Source of the DNA: an uncultured Gemmataceae bacterium
GTDB lineage: Bacteria; Planctomycetota; Planctomycetia; Gemmatales; Gemmataceae
Length of the DNA stretch: 64,000 bases
Direction: 5' to 3'
NCBI GenBank assembly: GCA_963750165.1
Contig: CAVVPN010000004.1
Span: forward strand, 544,001-608,000
The notes beneath the pieces are model-generated. The model saw nothing but the letters and a program-made list of their open reading frames with translations. It had not been told where the DNA came from and did not search any database. A program made the position numbers and the translations under genes. Shown one piece after another: positions 20,629 through 33,609 of this stretch (the first letter of the stretch is position 1; each line of letters starts with the position of its first letter).

Positions 20629-23067
20629 CTACTTCGCCAGCGGATCGAAGCCGATCAGCCGCTGCCCTGTCTGCAGCGTGGTCGGCCGCAGGTTGCCCAC
20701 CAGAATCGCCAGCTGGGAGCGCAAGGTCGCGTCCGTCTTGGGACTGCCGAACAGCGCCCGCAGGTCGAGCGACCTCTCCTTGGGCAGCGACACGCCGAAC
20801 TGTTTGACATGACGGTTCAGCTCCGCCGCCGCCTGGATGCGCAGCCCCTTGTCGCGCTTGCCGTCCAGCACAACCTCGGCCAGGTGCTGCTGCGCCGGAG
20901 AGCCTGGGAAGCGGCCCAGGATTTCCAGCGCCAGTGGCGCCGTGGCGTCGTGGCGCAGCGCCGCCAGCACTTCCGGCTCCGCCCGCCGCACGTCGTAACC
21001 GGGCAACTCGCCGATCGCCATGCGCCGCAGCGCGTCCAGCGACTGCCTGGCAGCCTGGGCCCGCTCCGCCTTGCTCCACGGCTGCGGCGGGCTCTTGCGG
21101 AAGTCGGCGTTCAGCCAGCGCCGCGCCTCGAGCGGCGCCTTGCGGTACGTCTCCGGCTGCTGCACCGTCTTGACCGCCGTCTCAATCTCGCGCTTCAACT
21201 CGGCCTTGTTGAAGGCATACGCCTCCGGCAGCACAAAGACGTTGCGCCGCCCGGTACTGAAGCGGGCCAAACCCTCGCGCCGCTTGGCCGGCGCCAGCAG
21301 CAGAATGGGCATGGTGCCGGCATCCGCGTCGCGGCGCAGCTGCGCCAGCACCTCCGGCAGGTCGGATTCGGGCACCGTGTCGTTCACCAGGATCACGTCA
21401 TAGTCCGCGGATTCGCGCAGGCGCTTGAACGCCTCCTTGAGGTTCGGCGTCACGGTCGCGCTGTAGCCGGCGTCCGCGAGCACCTGGCTCCATTTGGCAC
21501 CGCGCTCGTCGTTGACGAACACAATCAGGGCCTTCGGCTGCGTCCCCCCGGCGGTGAAGCGGCGCAGCACGTCCACCAGGCGCGTGGACGTTACCAGCGC
21601 CTTTTCCGTCGGCAGGTTCAGCAGGGCGGTCGCGGCGGCAAACTGCACGCGCCGGTCGGGGTAGAACAGGGCATTGACGAGCAACCCGGTGCCGCCGGTC
21701 GGCGACGGCTGCGCAGCGCGCGTCTCGCCGCGCGCCCCCAGTGCCTGGATGATCGGCAGCGCCACCGCCAGGTTGTGCTCCGCCAGCGCCCGCTTGAGCG
21801 CCGTCAGCAGCAGATCGGCGTCCACCGTCTTGAGCAGCTGGTTGATCGCCTGGATCGGCTGCTGCACTTCCGCGTCCTTGCTGGGCACGAACAGGTGTTC
21901 GAGGCGGTCGTTGAGGTTGCGCTCCAGTGTCAGGTTCAGATACGCGACTTGCGCCGGCCGATACGTGGGATCAAGGTCGAGCGCCTCCCTGGCATAGCGC
22001 TGGCCGAAAAACTCCTCCGCCTGGCTGGCCTTGAGGACGACCGGTTTGGGGTCGATCTTCTTGCCATCCCACTCCCAGATGCGGACGCGCTCCGGGTCGC
22101 TGAAGCGAACGCGGTGCTCGTAGTAGCGCTCGGCCAGGGCCGTCAGCGCCACCTTGGCGGGCGGCAGCTTGCTCACGTCCATCTCCTGAAGGTATGCCAG
22201 CAACTCCTTCGCACGCTGGCGGACCAGCTCGGGATAGCGCTTTGAGGCGGACAGGTGCCAGAGGTACGGCAGGCAGCGGGGATCGGCGCGTTTTTTGAGG
22301 ATCTCGAGCAGGGCGAGGCGCAGGTCCACGTCCTTGTAGTCGGCGGGGCTCTGGGCCTTGAGCACTTCGAGGAAGGGCGGCACGATGTCGCGGTCGAGTT
22401 CGAGCATCACCTCGATGAGGCGGTGGTGTTCGGGGGTGCCGGCGGTGGCGCGCAGGGCCTCAATGAAGTACGGCGTCACCCGCTCGCGGGCGCGCTTGAG
22501 CTGGGCCAGGGCGAAGGCGCGCTGCTGCGGCGTGGGGGCGCTCAGGTTCTTGATGAACTTGCGGATGCGCTCGGGGTCGCTCAGTTTGCGGTCGAGGGCC
22601 ACGGTGATGCGGTCGATGAGCGATTTGACGTTGTTCTCGGCCTCGGTCTGCAACTCGGGGTTGTCGTACCAGCGCCGCACCTCCTGCAAGCGCAGGAAGA
22701 CATTCATGCCCTCGGCGTCCTCGATCGTGAGCAGGTCGTTGTCGATGGGCTCGGCGGGCTGCTTCTTGAGCATCTGAGCGAGGAGCAGGCCGGCGACATC
22801 GAACTTGCCGGTCTGCATCTCAAAGTTGATGGCGGCCCAGAACTCGATGCCGGTGGTCGGCGCCTTGAAAAAGACACGATAATCCTGCTCCGCCTTGACC
22901 AGCGCCCGCTTCAGCGCCGCCTGCCGCAGAGCGGCCTTGTCCACCTCCACAGGCAGCCCTTTTTTCTTCTTGCCGTCATCCTTCTGGCCACGCAGCACCG
23001 CCGGCGTGCCCGCCAGCGCGAGCAACATCACACAGCCGACCAGGTAAAGCCCAATGCGCTGCCACAC
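20629..23067 (-). CDS. Secreted HEAT-repeat protein with receiver-like segment
   Basis: Long ORF with signal peptide; LVNALFYPDRRVQFAAATAL repeats; GTG start after GGGGAGG; start uncertain. Confidence 0.7.
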   Translation of the reverse strand: MWQRIGLYLVGCVMLLALAGTPAVLRGQKDDGKKKKGLPVEVDKAALRQAALKRALVKAEQDYRVFFKAPTTGIEFWAAINFEMQTGKFDVAGLLLAQMLKKQPAEPIDNDLLTIEDAEGMNVFLRLQEVRRWYDNPELQTEAENNVKSLIDRITVALDRKLSDPERIRKFIKNLSAPTPQQRAFALAQLKRARERVTPYFIEALRATAGTPEHHRLIEVMLELDRDIVPPFLEVLKAQSPADYKDVDLRLALLEILKKRADPRCLPYLWHLSASKRYPELVRQRAKELLAYLQEMDVSKLPPAKVALTALAERYYEHRVRFSDPERVRIWEWDGKKIDPKPVVLKASQAEEFFGQRYAREALDLDPTYRPAQVAYLNLTLERNLNDRLEHLFVPSKDAEVQQPIQAINQLLKTVDADLLLTALKRALAEHNLAVALPIIQALGARGETRAAQPSPTGGTGLLVNALFYPDRRVQFAAATALLNLPTEKALVTSTRLVDVLRRFTAGGTQPKALIVFVNDERGAKWSQVLADAGYSATVTPNLKEAFKRLRESADYDVILVNDTVPESDLPEVLAQLRRDADAGTMPILLLAPAKRREGLARFSTGRRNVFVLPEAYAFNKAELKREIETAVKTVQQPETYRKAPLEARRWLNADFRKSPPQPWSKAERAQAARQSLDALRRMAIGELPGYDVRRAEPEVLAALRHDATAPLALEILGRFPGSPAQQHLAEVVLDGKRDKGLRIQAAAELNRHVKQFGVSLPKERSLDLRALFGSPKTDATLRSQLAILVGNLRPTTLQTGQRLIGFDPLAK

Positions 23068-23089
23068 GCGAGTTGCCTCCCCAAATGAA

Positions 23090-23218
23090 GAATCAGCCAC
23101 AGAGGACACAGAGAACACAGAGAGAAGAAAAAAGGATCGGGAAAAGACCATTAATATGTTTGTCTTGATCTCTCCTGGTTTTTCTCTCGGTGTCCTCTGT
23201 GTCCTCTGTGGCTAATTC
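23090..23218. repeat. Intergenic palindrome built of 9-mer units (cacagagga/cacagagaa)
   Basis: agccacagaggacacagagaacacagagagaa ... ttctctcggtgtcctctgtgtcctctgtggct. Confidence 0.8.
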
Positions 23219-23226
23219 TGTGTTTC

Positions 23227-24510
23227 TCAAATTTCCAGTTCCGGGCGGACCAGATCCTCATACGTTTCCCGCCGCCGCACCAGCCGATGGCTGCCCCCCT
23301 CGACCAGCACTTCCGCGGCGCACGGCCGACTGTTGTAGTTGCTGGCCATCGCCATGCCGTAGGCGCCGGCGCTGAAGGTCGCCAGCAAATCGCCGCGGCG
23401 CAGTTCCGGCAGCCGTCGCTGCTTCGCCAGAAAATCGCCCGACTCGCACACCGGCCCGACCACGTCCACCGGCCGCGTGTCCGGGATGTCCACCTCGTAA
23501 TCCTCCGGCGGCGCCGGCAGCCCAGGCGGCGGTGCCACCGGCCAGATGCGGTGAAACGAGTCGTACAGCGTCGGCCGGAGCAGGTCGTTCATGGCGGCGT
23601 CCTGAATGACGAAGTGTTTGCCGCCCGACTCCTTGGTGTAAATCACCCGACTGACCAGGACGCCGGCGTTGCCGACGATGAACCGTCCCGGCTCCAGCAC
23701 CAGTTTGCAGCGGGCCTGCTTGACCGCCGGCAAAATCACCTCCGCGAACGCACTCGCCGGCAGCGCCTCCTGCTTGCGGTAGTGGATGCCGAAACCGCCG
23801 CCCATGTTCAGGTACTCGATCTGATGGCCCTGCCGCCGCAGTTGCTCGATCAGGACCAGGCCCTTTTCGAGACCCTGGCGGTAGGGCTGGGCGGACAGGA
23901 TCGGTGAACCCAGATGCATGTGCAGGCCGACGATGCGCACGTGCGGGTTCCCTACCATGTTACCAGCAAACTCCAGGACCGTGTCAATGTCCAGTCCGAA
24001 CTTGACCCCCTTGACCGAGGTGTCCGTCTTGGCGTGCGTCTTGGGCGGCAGATCCGGATTGACCCGCAGTGCCACCTGCGCCACCTTGCCAACGCTGCTG
24101 GCCACGTCCGCCAGCGCCAGCAGTTCGCCTTCGCTCTCCACGTTGAAGAGAAAGACGCCGTTCTCCAGGGCGTAGCGCATCTCGCCGTCGGTCTTGCCGA
24201 CGCCGGCGAAGACGATTTTGGAACCGGTGCCGCCGGCCGCGAGGGCGCGGTAGAGTTCGCCGCCGCTGGTCACGTCGAAGCCGGCGCCATGCTCGCCCAT
24301 GAGGCGGCAAAGGTTCACATTGGGGTTGGTCTTGATGCTGTAGCAGATGAGCGGGGCGGCGGCGGCGAAGGCCTGCTGCAACTGCGTCAGGTGGTGCAGC
24401 AACGTGCGCCGGCTGTAGACGTACAGGGGCGTGCCGTGGGCGGCGGCCAGGGTGGGGATCGGGACCTCCTCGCAGTGGAGGACGCGGTCGCGGTAGTGGA
24501 AGTGGTCCAT
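23227..24510 (-). CDS. lysA: Diaminopimelate decarboxylase
   Basis: GTPLYVYS, YSIKTN (PLP Lys), HMHLGS, EPGRFIV, VGPVCESGD, GAYGMAMASNYNSRP. Confidence 0.96.
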   Translation of the reverse strand: MDHFHYRDRVLHCEEVPIPTLAAAHGTPLYVYSRRTLLHHLTQLQQAFAAAAPLICYSIKTNPNVNLCRLMGEHGAGFDVTSGGELYRALAAGGTGSKIVFAGVGKTDGEMRYALENGVFLFNVESEGELLALADVASSVGKVAQVALRVNPDLPPKTHAKTDTSVKGVKFGLDIDTVLEFAGNMVGNPHVRIVGLHMHLGSPILSAQPYRQGLEKGLVLIEQLRRQGHQIEYLNMGGGFGIHYRKQEALPASAFAEVILPAVKQARCKLVLEPGRFIVGNAGVLVSRVIYTKESGGKHFVIQDAAMNDLLRPTLYDSFHRIWPVAPPPGLPAPPEDYEVDIPDTRPVDVVGPVCESGDFLAKQRRLPELRRGDLLATFSAGAYGMAMASNYNSRPCAAEVLVEGGSHRLVRRRETYEDLVRPELEI

Positions 24511-24574
24511 GCGCTGTTATGGTTCCTGTTTCGGGGGAAGGTGGAACTACGAACGAAGCAAACCGCCTTCTCGA

Positions 24575-25804
24575 TCACCTTTTGACACCGACGCACCACA
24601 GGTGCTGATTGGTGCGCAGGAAGATGTCGCCGTTGGAGATCGCGGGGGACGAGTTGGTCGTCTCACCGGGGCTCAGGCGGTTGGTCGCGAGCAGCTCATA
24701 CTTCGGGCCGGCCTTGAAAATGAAGGTGGTGCCGTCGCGAGCCATGACGTAAATCTTGCCGTCGGCGTGGACCATCGAGCCCCAGTTCAGCGTGGTCGGA
24801 CGCTTCGCCACCTTCCAGACTTCCTTGCCGGTTTGCAGCTCGTAGCAGTGCGGCACACCGCTCTCTTCCATGATGTAAACGTGGTCATCGACGAGGACGC
24901 CCGAGCCGACGCGCTGGATGTTTTTAGGGTGCAGCCAGAGCCGGTCCTTGGTGATGTTGCCGCTGCCGCCGAGATTGACGGCCAGGGCAGCGCCGTTGAA
25001 ACCGGACATGGCGACGGCGCTGTTGTGCTTCGCGCTGTACAGCGGTGAGGTGTAGACGTAGATGGTCAGACCGTCGCAGGACCACAGCGGCTTGCCGTCC
25101 TTCGGATCGACGCTGCGGAACTTGAAGTCGGCGCAGTACAGGAGCTGGTCCCGGCCCTCGACCTGGGCGACGACCGGCGTCACCCAGGAGCCGGCCTTTT
25201 CGTCGCGCTGCCAGACCGTTTTGCCGGTCTGCTTGTTGACGGCGAGCAGGTAGTTGCGGCCCACCTTTTCGTTGGGCCCGCACCAGAGGATGCACAGGTC
25301 GTTATAGAGCACGGGCGAGGCGGCGTTGCCGAACTGGTGGTCAAACTTGCCGAGGTCGGTGCGCTTCCACAGTTCCTTGCCCTGGAAGTCGTAACAGTAC
25401 ATGCCGGCCGAGCCGTGGCTGACGACGACGCGCTCGCCATCGGTGACCGGCGAGGCGTTGCAGTACCAGTCCTGCGTCCAGTTGCGCTCCTTGGCGGTGT
25501 AGCGAACGTCGCTCTTCCAGAGATGCTTGCCGTCGGCGCGGGCGAAGCACAGCAGGCTGCGGACACTGCCGCCCTTGTTGGCCATCGTCAGAAAGATGCG
25601 GTCGCCCCAGACGACGGGCGTGGAGTTGCCGGGGTGCGCCAGCGGCACCTTCCACTTGATGTTTTCGGTCGGCCCCCAGGTCGTCGGCAGGCCCTTTTCC
25701 GCGCAGTGGCCCTGGCCGGTTGGGCCGCGCCAGGCGGGCCAGTTGTCGGCCGCGGCGGCGGCGGTGCAGGTCAAGAGAGCCACGGCGGCGAGGAGGCGGG
25801 TCAT
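24575..25804 (-). CDS. Secreted PQQ-binding-like beta-propeller (BamB-like)
   Basis: Signal peptide, DNWPAWRGPTGQG, SSPAISNGDIFLRT, repeated SP(V)/W motifs. Confidence 0.9.
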   Translation of the reverse strand: MTRLLAAVALLTCTAAAAADNWPAWRGPTGQGHCAEKGLPTTWGPTENIKWKVPLAHPGNSTPVVWGDRIFLTMANKGGSVRSLLCFARADGKHLWKSDVRYTAKERNWTQDWYCNASPVTDGERVVVSHGSAGMYCYDFQGKELWKRTDLGKFDHQFGNAASPVLYNDLCILWCGPNEKVGRNYLLAVNKQTGKTVWQRDEKAGSWVTPVVAQVEGRDQLLYCADFKFRSVDPKDGKPLWSCDGLTIYVYTSPLYSAKHNSAVAMSGFNGAALAVNLGGSGNITKDRLWLHPKNIQRVGSGVLVDDHVYIMEESGVPHCYELQTGKEVWKVAKRPTTLNWGSMVHADGKIYVMARDGTTFIFKAGPKYELLATNRLSPGETTNSSPAISNGDIFLRTNQHLWCVGVKR

Positions 25805-25826
25805 GGCGGTTCCCTCTGGTGTTCCA

Positions 25827-25885
25827 GGTAGCGGAAGTCGCCAGACTTCCACAGCGCCGTCGGAAGTCTGGCGACTTCCGCTACC
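25827..25885. repeat. GTAG-type REP doublet, 24-bp perfect inverted repeat (shortened copy at 40234-40269)
   Basis: ggtagcggaagtcgccagacttcc / ggaagtctggcgacttccgctacc. Confidence 0.85.
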
Positions 25886-26030
25886 GTTCTCCGCTCCAGG
25901 CGGAATGCGGCGGACGCTGGGGTTACTGTATGGGGAGCCGCCGACGACAGCCACGCCACGCCGCGCCCAGCGGGAATGTGCTAGCCTTGGCGCATCAGGT
26001 TGTTGAACTCGGGTTCAGGAGGGCGCGTCC

Positions 26031-26792
26031 GTGCGGTGCATGAACTGCAACATGGTCATGGCGGCGAACGACTCGCACTGCCTGTCGTGCGGCATGAAGC
26101 TGACGTTGCCGGAGCGCGGCTCCGTCAGGGGTTACACCTACGGCGCGGCGCCGGTAGTGCCGCCGCCGGGCATGACGGCCTACGGTCCCGCCGTCGCGGG
26201 CGGTGGCGGCAGCCGGGCCGGTCGCATCGTGAAACGGTTGGTGGGCGTGGCGGCGCTCGCGCTGGGCAGCCTGCTGCTGCTGGCCGCCGTGGCGCACGGG
26301 CTGGACAGCAAGCCGAAGGAGGCGCCGCCGGCGCCGCGCACCGTGACCGCCGCCGAGCTGGCCCAGGTCAAGGACCCGGCCAAGCTCGCCGACGCGTGGG
26401 TGGTCTACGAGGCTCCGAAGGTGCTGGACACGCAGGTGGAACTCGTCAGCGGCCGGTTCACCAAGAAGACGAAGGTGCGGTTCGCGCTGGTCCAGGTGCA
26501 GGATCGCTGGTTGCTCGCCGAGGTGCCGCCGAACTTCGCCGGCACGCGCCTGGAGGGCCGCCTGACGAAGTGGAACACGCCGTTTTACGACAACGTGGTG
26601 AGCAAGGCGCGGACGGGCTTCCCCAACGAGTGCCGCCGGCTGCTGCCGGTGCAACTCGACTGCGAGTTCGACCGCGCCACCGACGGCCAGCGGAATGACC
26701 GGACGTTTACCATCGGCGTGGGCGTGGTGGGCTTCTTTATTCTCCTGCTCGGGTTGAAGTTCGTGACGGTTCGCAGCCCGAGGCTGGCCTGA
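26031..26792 (+). CDS. Hypothetical membrane protein with N-terminal Zn-ribbon
   Basis: CMNC..CLSCG, two hydrophobic segments, GC3-rich codon pattern. Confidence 0.7.
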   Translation: MRCMNCNMVMAANDSHCLSCGMKLTLPERGSVRGYTYGAAPVVPPPGMTAYGPAVAGGGGSRAGRIVKRLVGVAALALGSLLLLAAVAHGLDSKPKEAPPAPRTVTAAELAQVKDPAKLADAWVVYEAPKVLDTQVELVSGRFTKKTKVRFALVQVQDRWLLAEVPPNFAGTRLEGRLTKWNTPFYDNVVSKARTGFPNECRRLLPVQLDCEFDRATDGQRNDRTFTIGVGVVGFFILLLGLKFVTVRSPRLA

Positions 26793-26904
26793 GCGCCTGG
26801 GTGTTCGGGGCCGGGCGCCGGTTCATCAGAGCTTCGACGGTGGCGCGGAGTTGCGATTGGCCGGCGCGAGTCGCTACAATAGCCGACTCACAGGAGCGTG
26901 TGTC

Positions 26905-27484
26905 ATGGCAGAAGCGGCAGTCGGCCCCAGCGGTTGGGAAAGGGCGCTCGTGGCAGCGGAAAAGGTCAAGGAACGCCTGCGCCGGGCCACCCGTGCGCTG
27001 GACGCGGCCGGCGTGCCCTACGCCGTCGCCGAGTGGGTCGGCCGCGTCGATGAGGACGCCGTCCACAACACGCGCGACGTCGATCTGCTGGTCCGCCGCG
27101 CCGACCTGGCCGCCGCCCGCGCCGCGCTCGAAGCGGCCGGCTTTGTTTACCATCATCTCCTCGACATCGACCTGTTCCCTATTCATCGACGGGTCGCACG
27201 GCAAACCGAGCGGCGGCATCCATCTTCTGTACGCTGGCGAAAAAGTGCGGCCGGAGGACGAGCACCCCTTGCCGAACCTTGACGAATCGGAGCGCGCCGT
27301 CGAATTTCAAGTGGTCACCCTCGAAGCCCTGGTGCGGATGAAGTTGATCGCCTGGCGCGACCTGGACTGTACTCACCTCCGCGACATGATCGGCGTCGGC
27401 CTGCTGGACGCCACCTGGCCCGCCCGCTTGCCGCCGCCGCTCGATGCACGCTTGCAGCAGTTGCTCGATGACCCGAACGGGTGA
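26905..27484 (+). pseudogene. Nucleotidyltransferase-family gene, probably degraded
   Basis: LDAAGVPYAVAEWVGRVD lacks the GG motif normally present after YAV; NTRDVDLL (DxD) present; frame change near 27175 before FIDG..LVRMKL..HLRDMIGVGL. Confidence 0.6.
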
Positions 27485-27485
27485 G

Positions 27486-27674
27486 CTACTGCGGCGGCGC
27501 TGAGGGTTTGCGCGCCTCCCACTCCTTCCGCCACTTCGCCGCCTTGTCCTGCCGGCCCGTCGCCTCGTAGAGCTGCACCAGCCGCTCCACGGCCTCGGTC
27601 AGGCGGACCTTTCCTTGCGGCGGGATCGTCTTCTCCCGTTGCTTCAGCCCCTCGTAGCCCGTGAGCAGCAGCGG
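27486..27674 (-). pseudogene. Orphan C-terminal fragment of a TPR/Ser-Thr kinase gene
   Basis: PLLLTGYEGLKQREKTIPPQGKVRLTEAVERLVQLYEATGRQDKAAKWRKE aligns with the end of kinase 28571-32263. Confidence 0.85.
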
Positions 27675-27706
27675 ACTGGTCCTCCTGGTCAATGGCCGCA
27701 CGGCCG

Positions 27707-27872
27707 TTATTTCTTCTCCTCTTTCGGCGACTTCACCTGTTCGCGCACGGTCAGGGTGAAGGCGCCGGCGCCGCCGTTGAATGAGGTCGCCCGGATGTGA
27801 TAGGTCCCGTCTTGCGTGGCCGGGAAGACGATGCGGGCGTTGCGGCCGCCGCCGCTGTCTTCCGCAGCCAGT
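27707..27872 (-). pseudogene. Orphan C-terminal fragment with a partial PPC (pre-peptidase C-terminal)-like domain
   Basis: LAAEDSGGGRNARIVFPATQDGTYHIRATSFNGGAGAFTLTVRE..stop; no start codon or RBS. Confidence 0.65.
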
Positions 27873-27878
27873 CTCTTG

Positions 27879-28307
27879 TCAGTCCAGCCAATTCTCGACG
27901 CGCAAGCCCGGCACGCGTTCAAAATCGGTGCGGTTGGCGGACAGGAGAAGTGCGTGGTGGACCAGCGCCGTTGCCGCGATTTTCAGATCCATGGTGCCGA
28001 GGCGAAGTTTCTGCTGACGCAGTTCGTCAAATTGCCGGGCCGCAGCCTCATCGAACGGTACGATTTCAAACTCCTGGTAAAACTCGAACAGCAAGGCCAG
28101 TTCGCGATACCCGAGGACTTGCCGCAGTGCCGACTTCTCCCTGGCGATCACCGCCTACCAGCCGCGCATCCGTTCCTTGACCGTGACCATGGCCACACCG
28201 ACGACTTCGGATTCCGGCACTGCTTCCAGGCGTTCAATCAAGCGCCGGCCCCGTTCGCTGTCGGGGTATTTCAAAAAAGTCGTGTGATCCGTGTCCAGGA
28301 GAATCAT
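27879..28307 (-). pseudogene. VapC/PIN toxin with in-frame TAG at codon 51
   Basis: MILLDTDH...RMRGW*AVIAREK...MDLKIAATAL..LLSANRTDFERVPGLRVENW; TAG at 28155-28157. Confidence 0.85.
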
Positions 28308-28516
28308 TCGGCCAGCCCCTCGCGCCGGGCTGCCTCACGCTCGGCTTCGCGCATGCGTAAGCATTCCTCATCGACTGCGCGCATGAACTCGCTGTCGCGG
28401 AACATGCCAACGACTTTGCGCCAGTCCTTGCGCGCGTGGTTGGGTCCGGTCGTTGCGAGGGCGTTCTCCAGGGCTTCGACACGTTTGGCAAGGGATTCCA
28501 GGGTCAATTCATCCAT
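28304..28516 (-). CDS. Putative antitoxin of the PIN toxin
   Basis: 70-aa ORF (LAKRVEALE..KDWRKVVGMF), GAAGGAG RBS, ATGA overlap with the PIN gene. Confidence 0.75.
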   Translation of the reverse strand: MDELTLESLAKRVEALENALATTGPNHARKDWRKVVGMFRDSEFMRAVDEECLRMREAEREAARREGLAE

Positions 28517-28570
28517 CGTCGGCTCCTTCAGATACTCGAGTAATTCTCCCACCATTTTACGTTGCCAGGT

Positions 28571-32263
<3,693 letters not shown>

Positions 32264-32337
32264 GGTAGCCCCGCGGCAAGGGTGAGGTGCTTCCCACCAT
32301 CATGCGACGGAACCGCCGCGGCAGCACCAACTATTTT

Positions 32338-32913
32338 TCACTTTTCCTCAATTGCCGCTCCGCCTTGTATCTCCCTGCGCAGCCAGGCCCGGGCGTAGAC
32401 CCAGTGGCGGTCCGCGGTGCTCGGCGACATGCCCAGCAGTTCGGCGGCCTGCTCGCCCGTCAGTCCCGCGAAGTAGCGCAGCTCGACCAGCCGCGCCTTG
32501 AGCGGGTCGCGCTCAGCCAGTTTGGCGAGGGCCGCGTCCAGCGCGAGCAAGTCCTCGGCCGGTTCCGGGGCCGCGGCCAGGTCCGGGTGCAACTCCTGCC
32601 GGTGCCGGTCGCCGCCGTGGACCTGACGCCGTTTGCGGCGGGCGCGGTCGATGAGGATGCGGCGCATGGCGGTGGCGGCGGCCGCGAAGAAATGAGCCCG
32701 ATTGTCCCAGCGGGCGGCGTCGGCCGGCGTCACCAGCCGCAGGTACGCCTCGTGGACCAGGGCCGTCGCGTCGAGCGTCTGCCCGGGGGCCTCCTGCTGC
32801 ATCCGGGCGGCCGCGAGCTGGCGTAACTCGTCGTAGACGAGCGGCAGCAACTGGTCGGCGGCCCGGGCGTCGCCGGCGGCGAGGGCCGACAGGATGCGCG
32901 TCAGTTCGTTCAT
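32338..32913 (-). CDS. ECF sigma factor (planctomycete kinase-associated type)
   Basis: AADQLLPLVYDELRQLA, TLDATALVHEAYLRL, AMRRILID, LVELRYFAGLT, WVYARAWL; directly upstream of kinase. Confidence 0.95.
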   Translation of the reverse strand: MNELTRILSALAAGDARAADQLLPLVYDELRQLAAARMQQEAPGQTLDATALVHEAYLRLVTPADAARWDNRAHFFAAAATAMRRILIDRARRKRRQVHGGDRHRQELHPDLAAAPEPAEDLLALDAALAKLAERDPLKARLVELRYFAGLTGEQAAELLGMSPSTADRHWVYARAWLRREIQGGAAIEEK

Positions 32914-32917
32914 GGGG

Positions 32918-33517
32918 TCAGTGCGCCGGCGGGGGTGGCGGCTGGTGCAGCTTCGCCTGCATGTTTTGCCAGGATTGCATCAGGGTTCTGTGCAGCATGG
33001 GCACCTGCGGGGCGCTCAGGAACACCCGGGCCGCGATCACCGCGCGGGGGTAGAAGTTGGCGATGAACTCCAGGCAGAACTCCGCCGGCGTGTGGACGAC
33101 CATGACCGAGTTGGCGTAGGTGCCAGCCAGCATATCGTCGGCAACTTTCAGATCCTGGTAGATTTCCTCGATGGTCGGCGGTTTCGGCGGCGGAGGCGGC
33201 GTGGGCAGGGCTGGCGGCGGCCCGAAGTGTTTGGTGTAGAGGTCGAGGTTGGTCCGCAGGGCCTCAATGAGCTGCGGCACCAGGTTGATCGGCAGAATGA
33301 CGCGCGCGACGACCTGGTGCGGCTGGTTCATGCGCAGCACGAAGTCCAGGACGAACTCGGTGGCGCCTTGCAACACCAGCACGCCGGTCGAGAAGACGCC
33401 CCGGGCGACCTTCTCCGGCACACGGGCGCTCACGTTGGAAACCTGGAAGTCCTGACTGAAGGTGTTCGGATCCTTCTTGCCCTGGTTGCCTTCGCTGCCG
33501 GCCGGCGGGTTGCTCAT
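32918..33517 (-). CDS. DUF3467-like protein (two tandem copies of the domain)
   Basis: GVFSTGVLV...EFVLDF..VVARVIL and GTYANSVMV..EFCLEF..IAARVFL. Confidence 0.75.
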   Translation of the reverse strand: MSNPPAGSEGNQGKKDPNTFSQDFQVSNVSARVPEKVARGVFSTGVLVLQGATEFVLDFVLRMNQPHQVVARVILPINLVPQLIEALRTNLDLYTKHFGPPPALPTPPPPPKPPTIEEIYQDLKVADDMLAGTYANSVMVVHTPAEFCLEFIANFYPRAVIAARVFLSAPQVPMLHRTLMQSWQNMQAKLHQPPPPPAH

Positions 33518-33609
33518 GGTGGTTCCTTTTCCGGGAATGGTGTCCAAAGGCCCTGTTATCCTATGGTAACCTTACCGGCTCGGTAAGCCTCCTCACAACC
33601 TGCCGGCGC

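Noticed and set aside
28155..28157. Pyrrolysine or amber recoding in the PIN gene
   Set aside because: TAG is used as a normal stop elsewhere (rpmE, prmC, cysH), prfA is present and no pyl genes are seen
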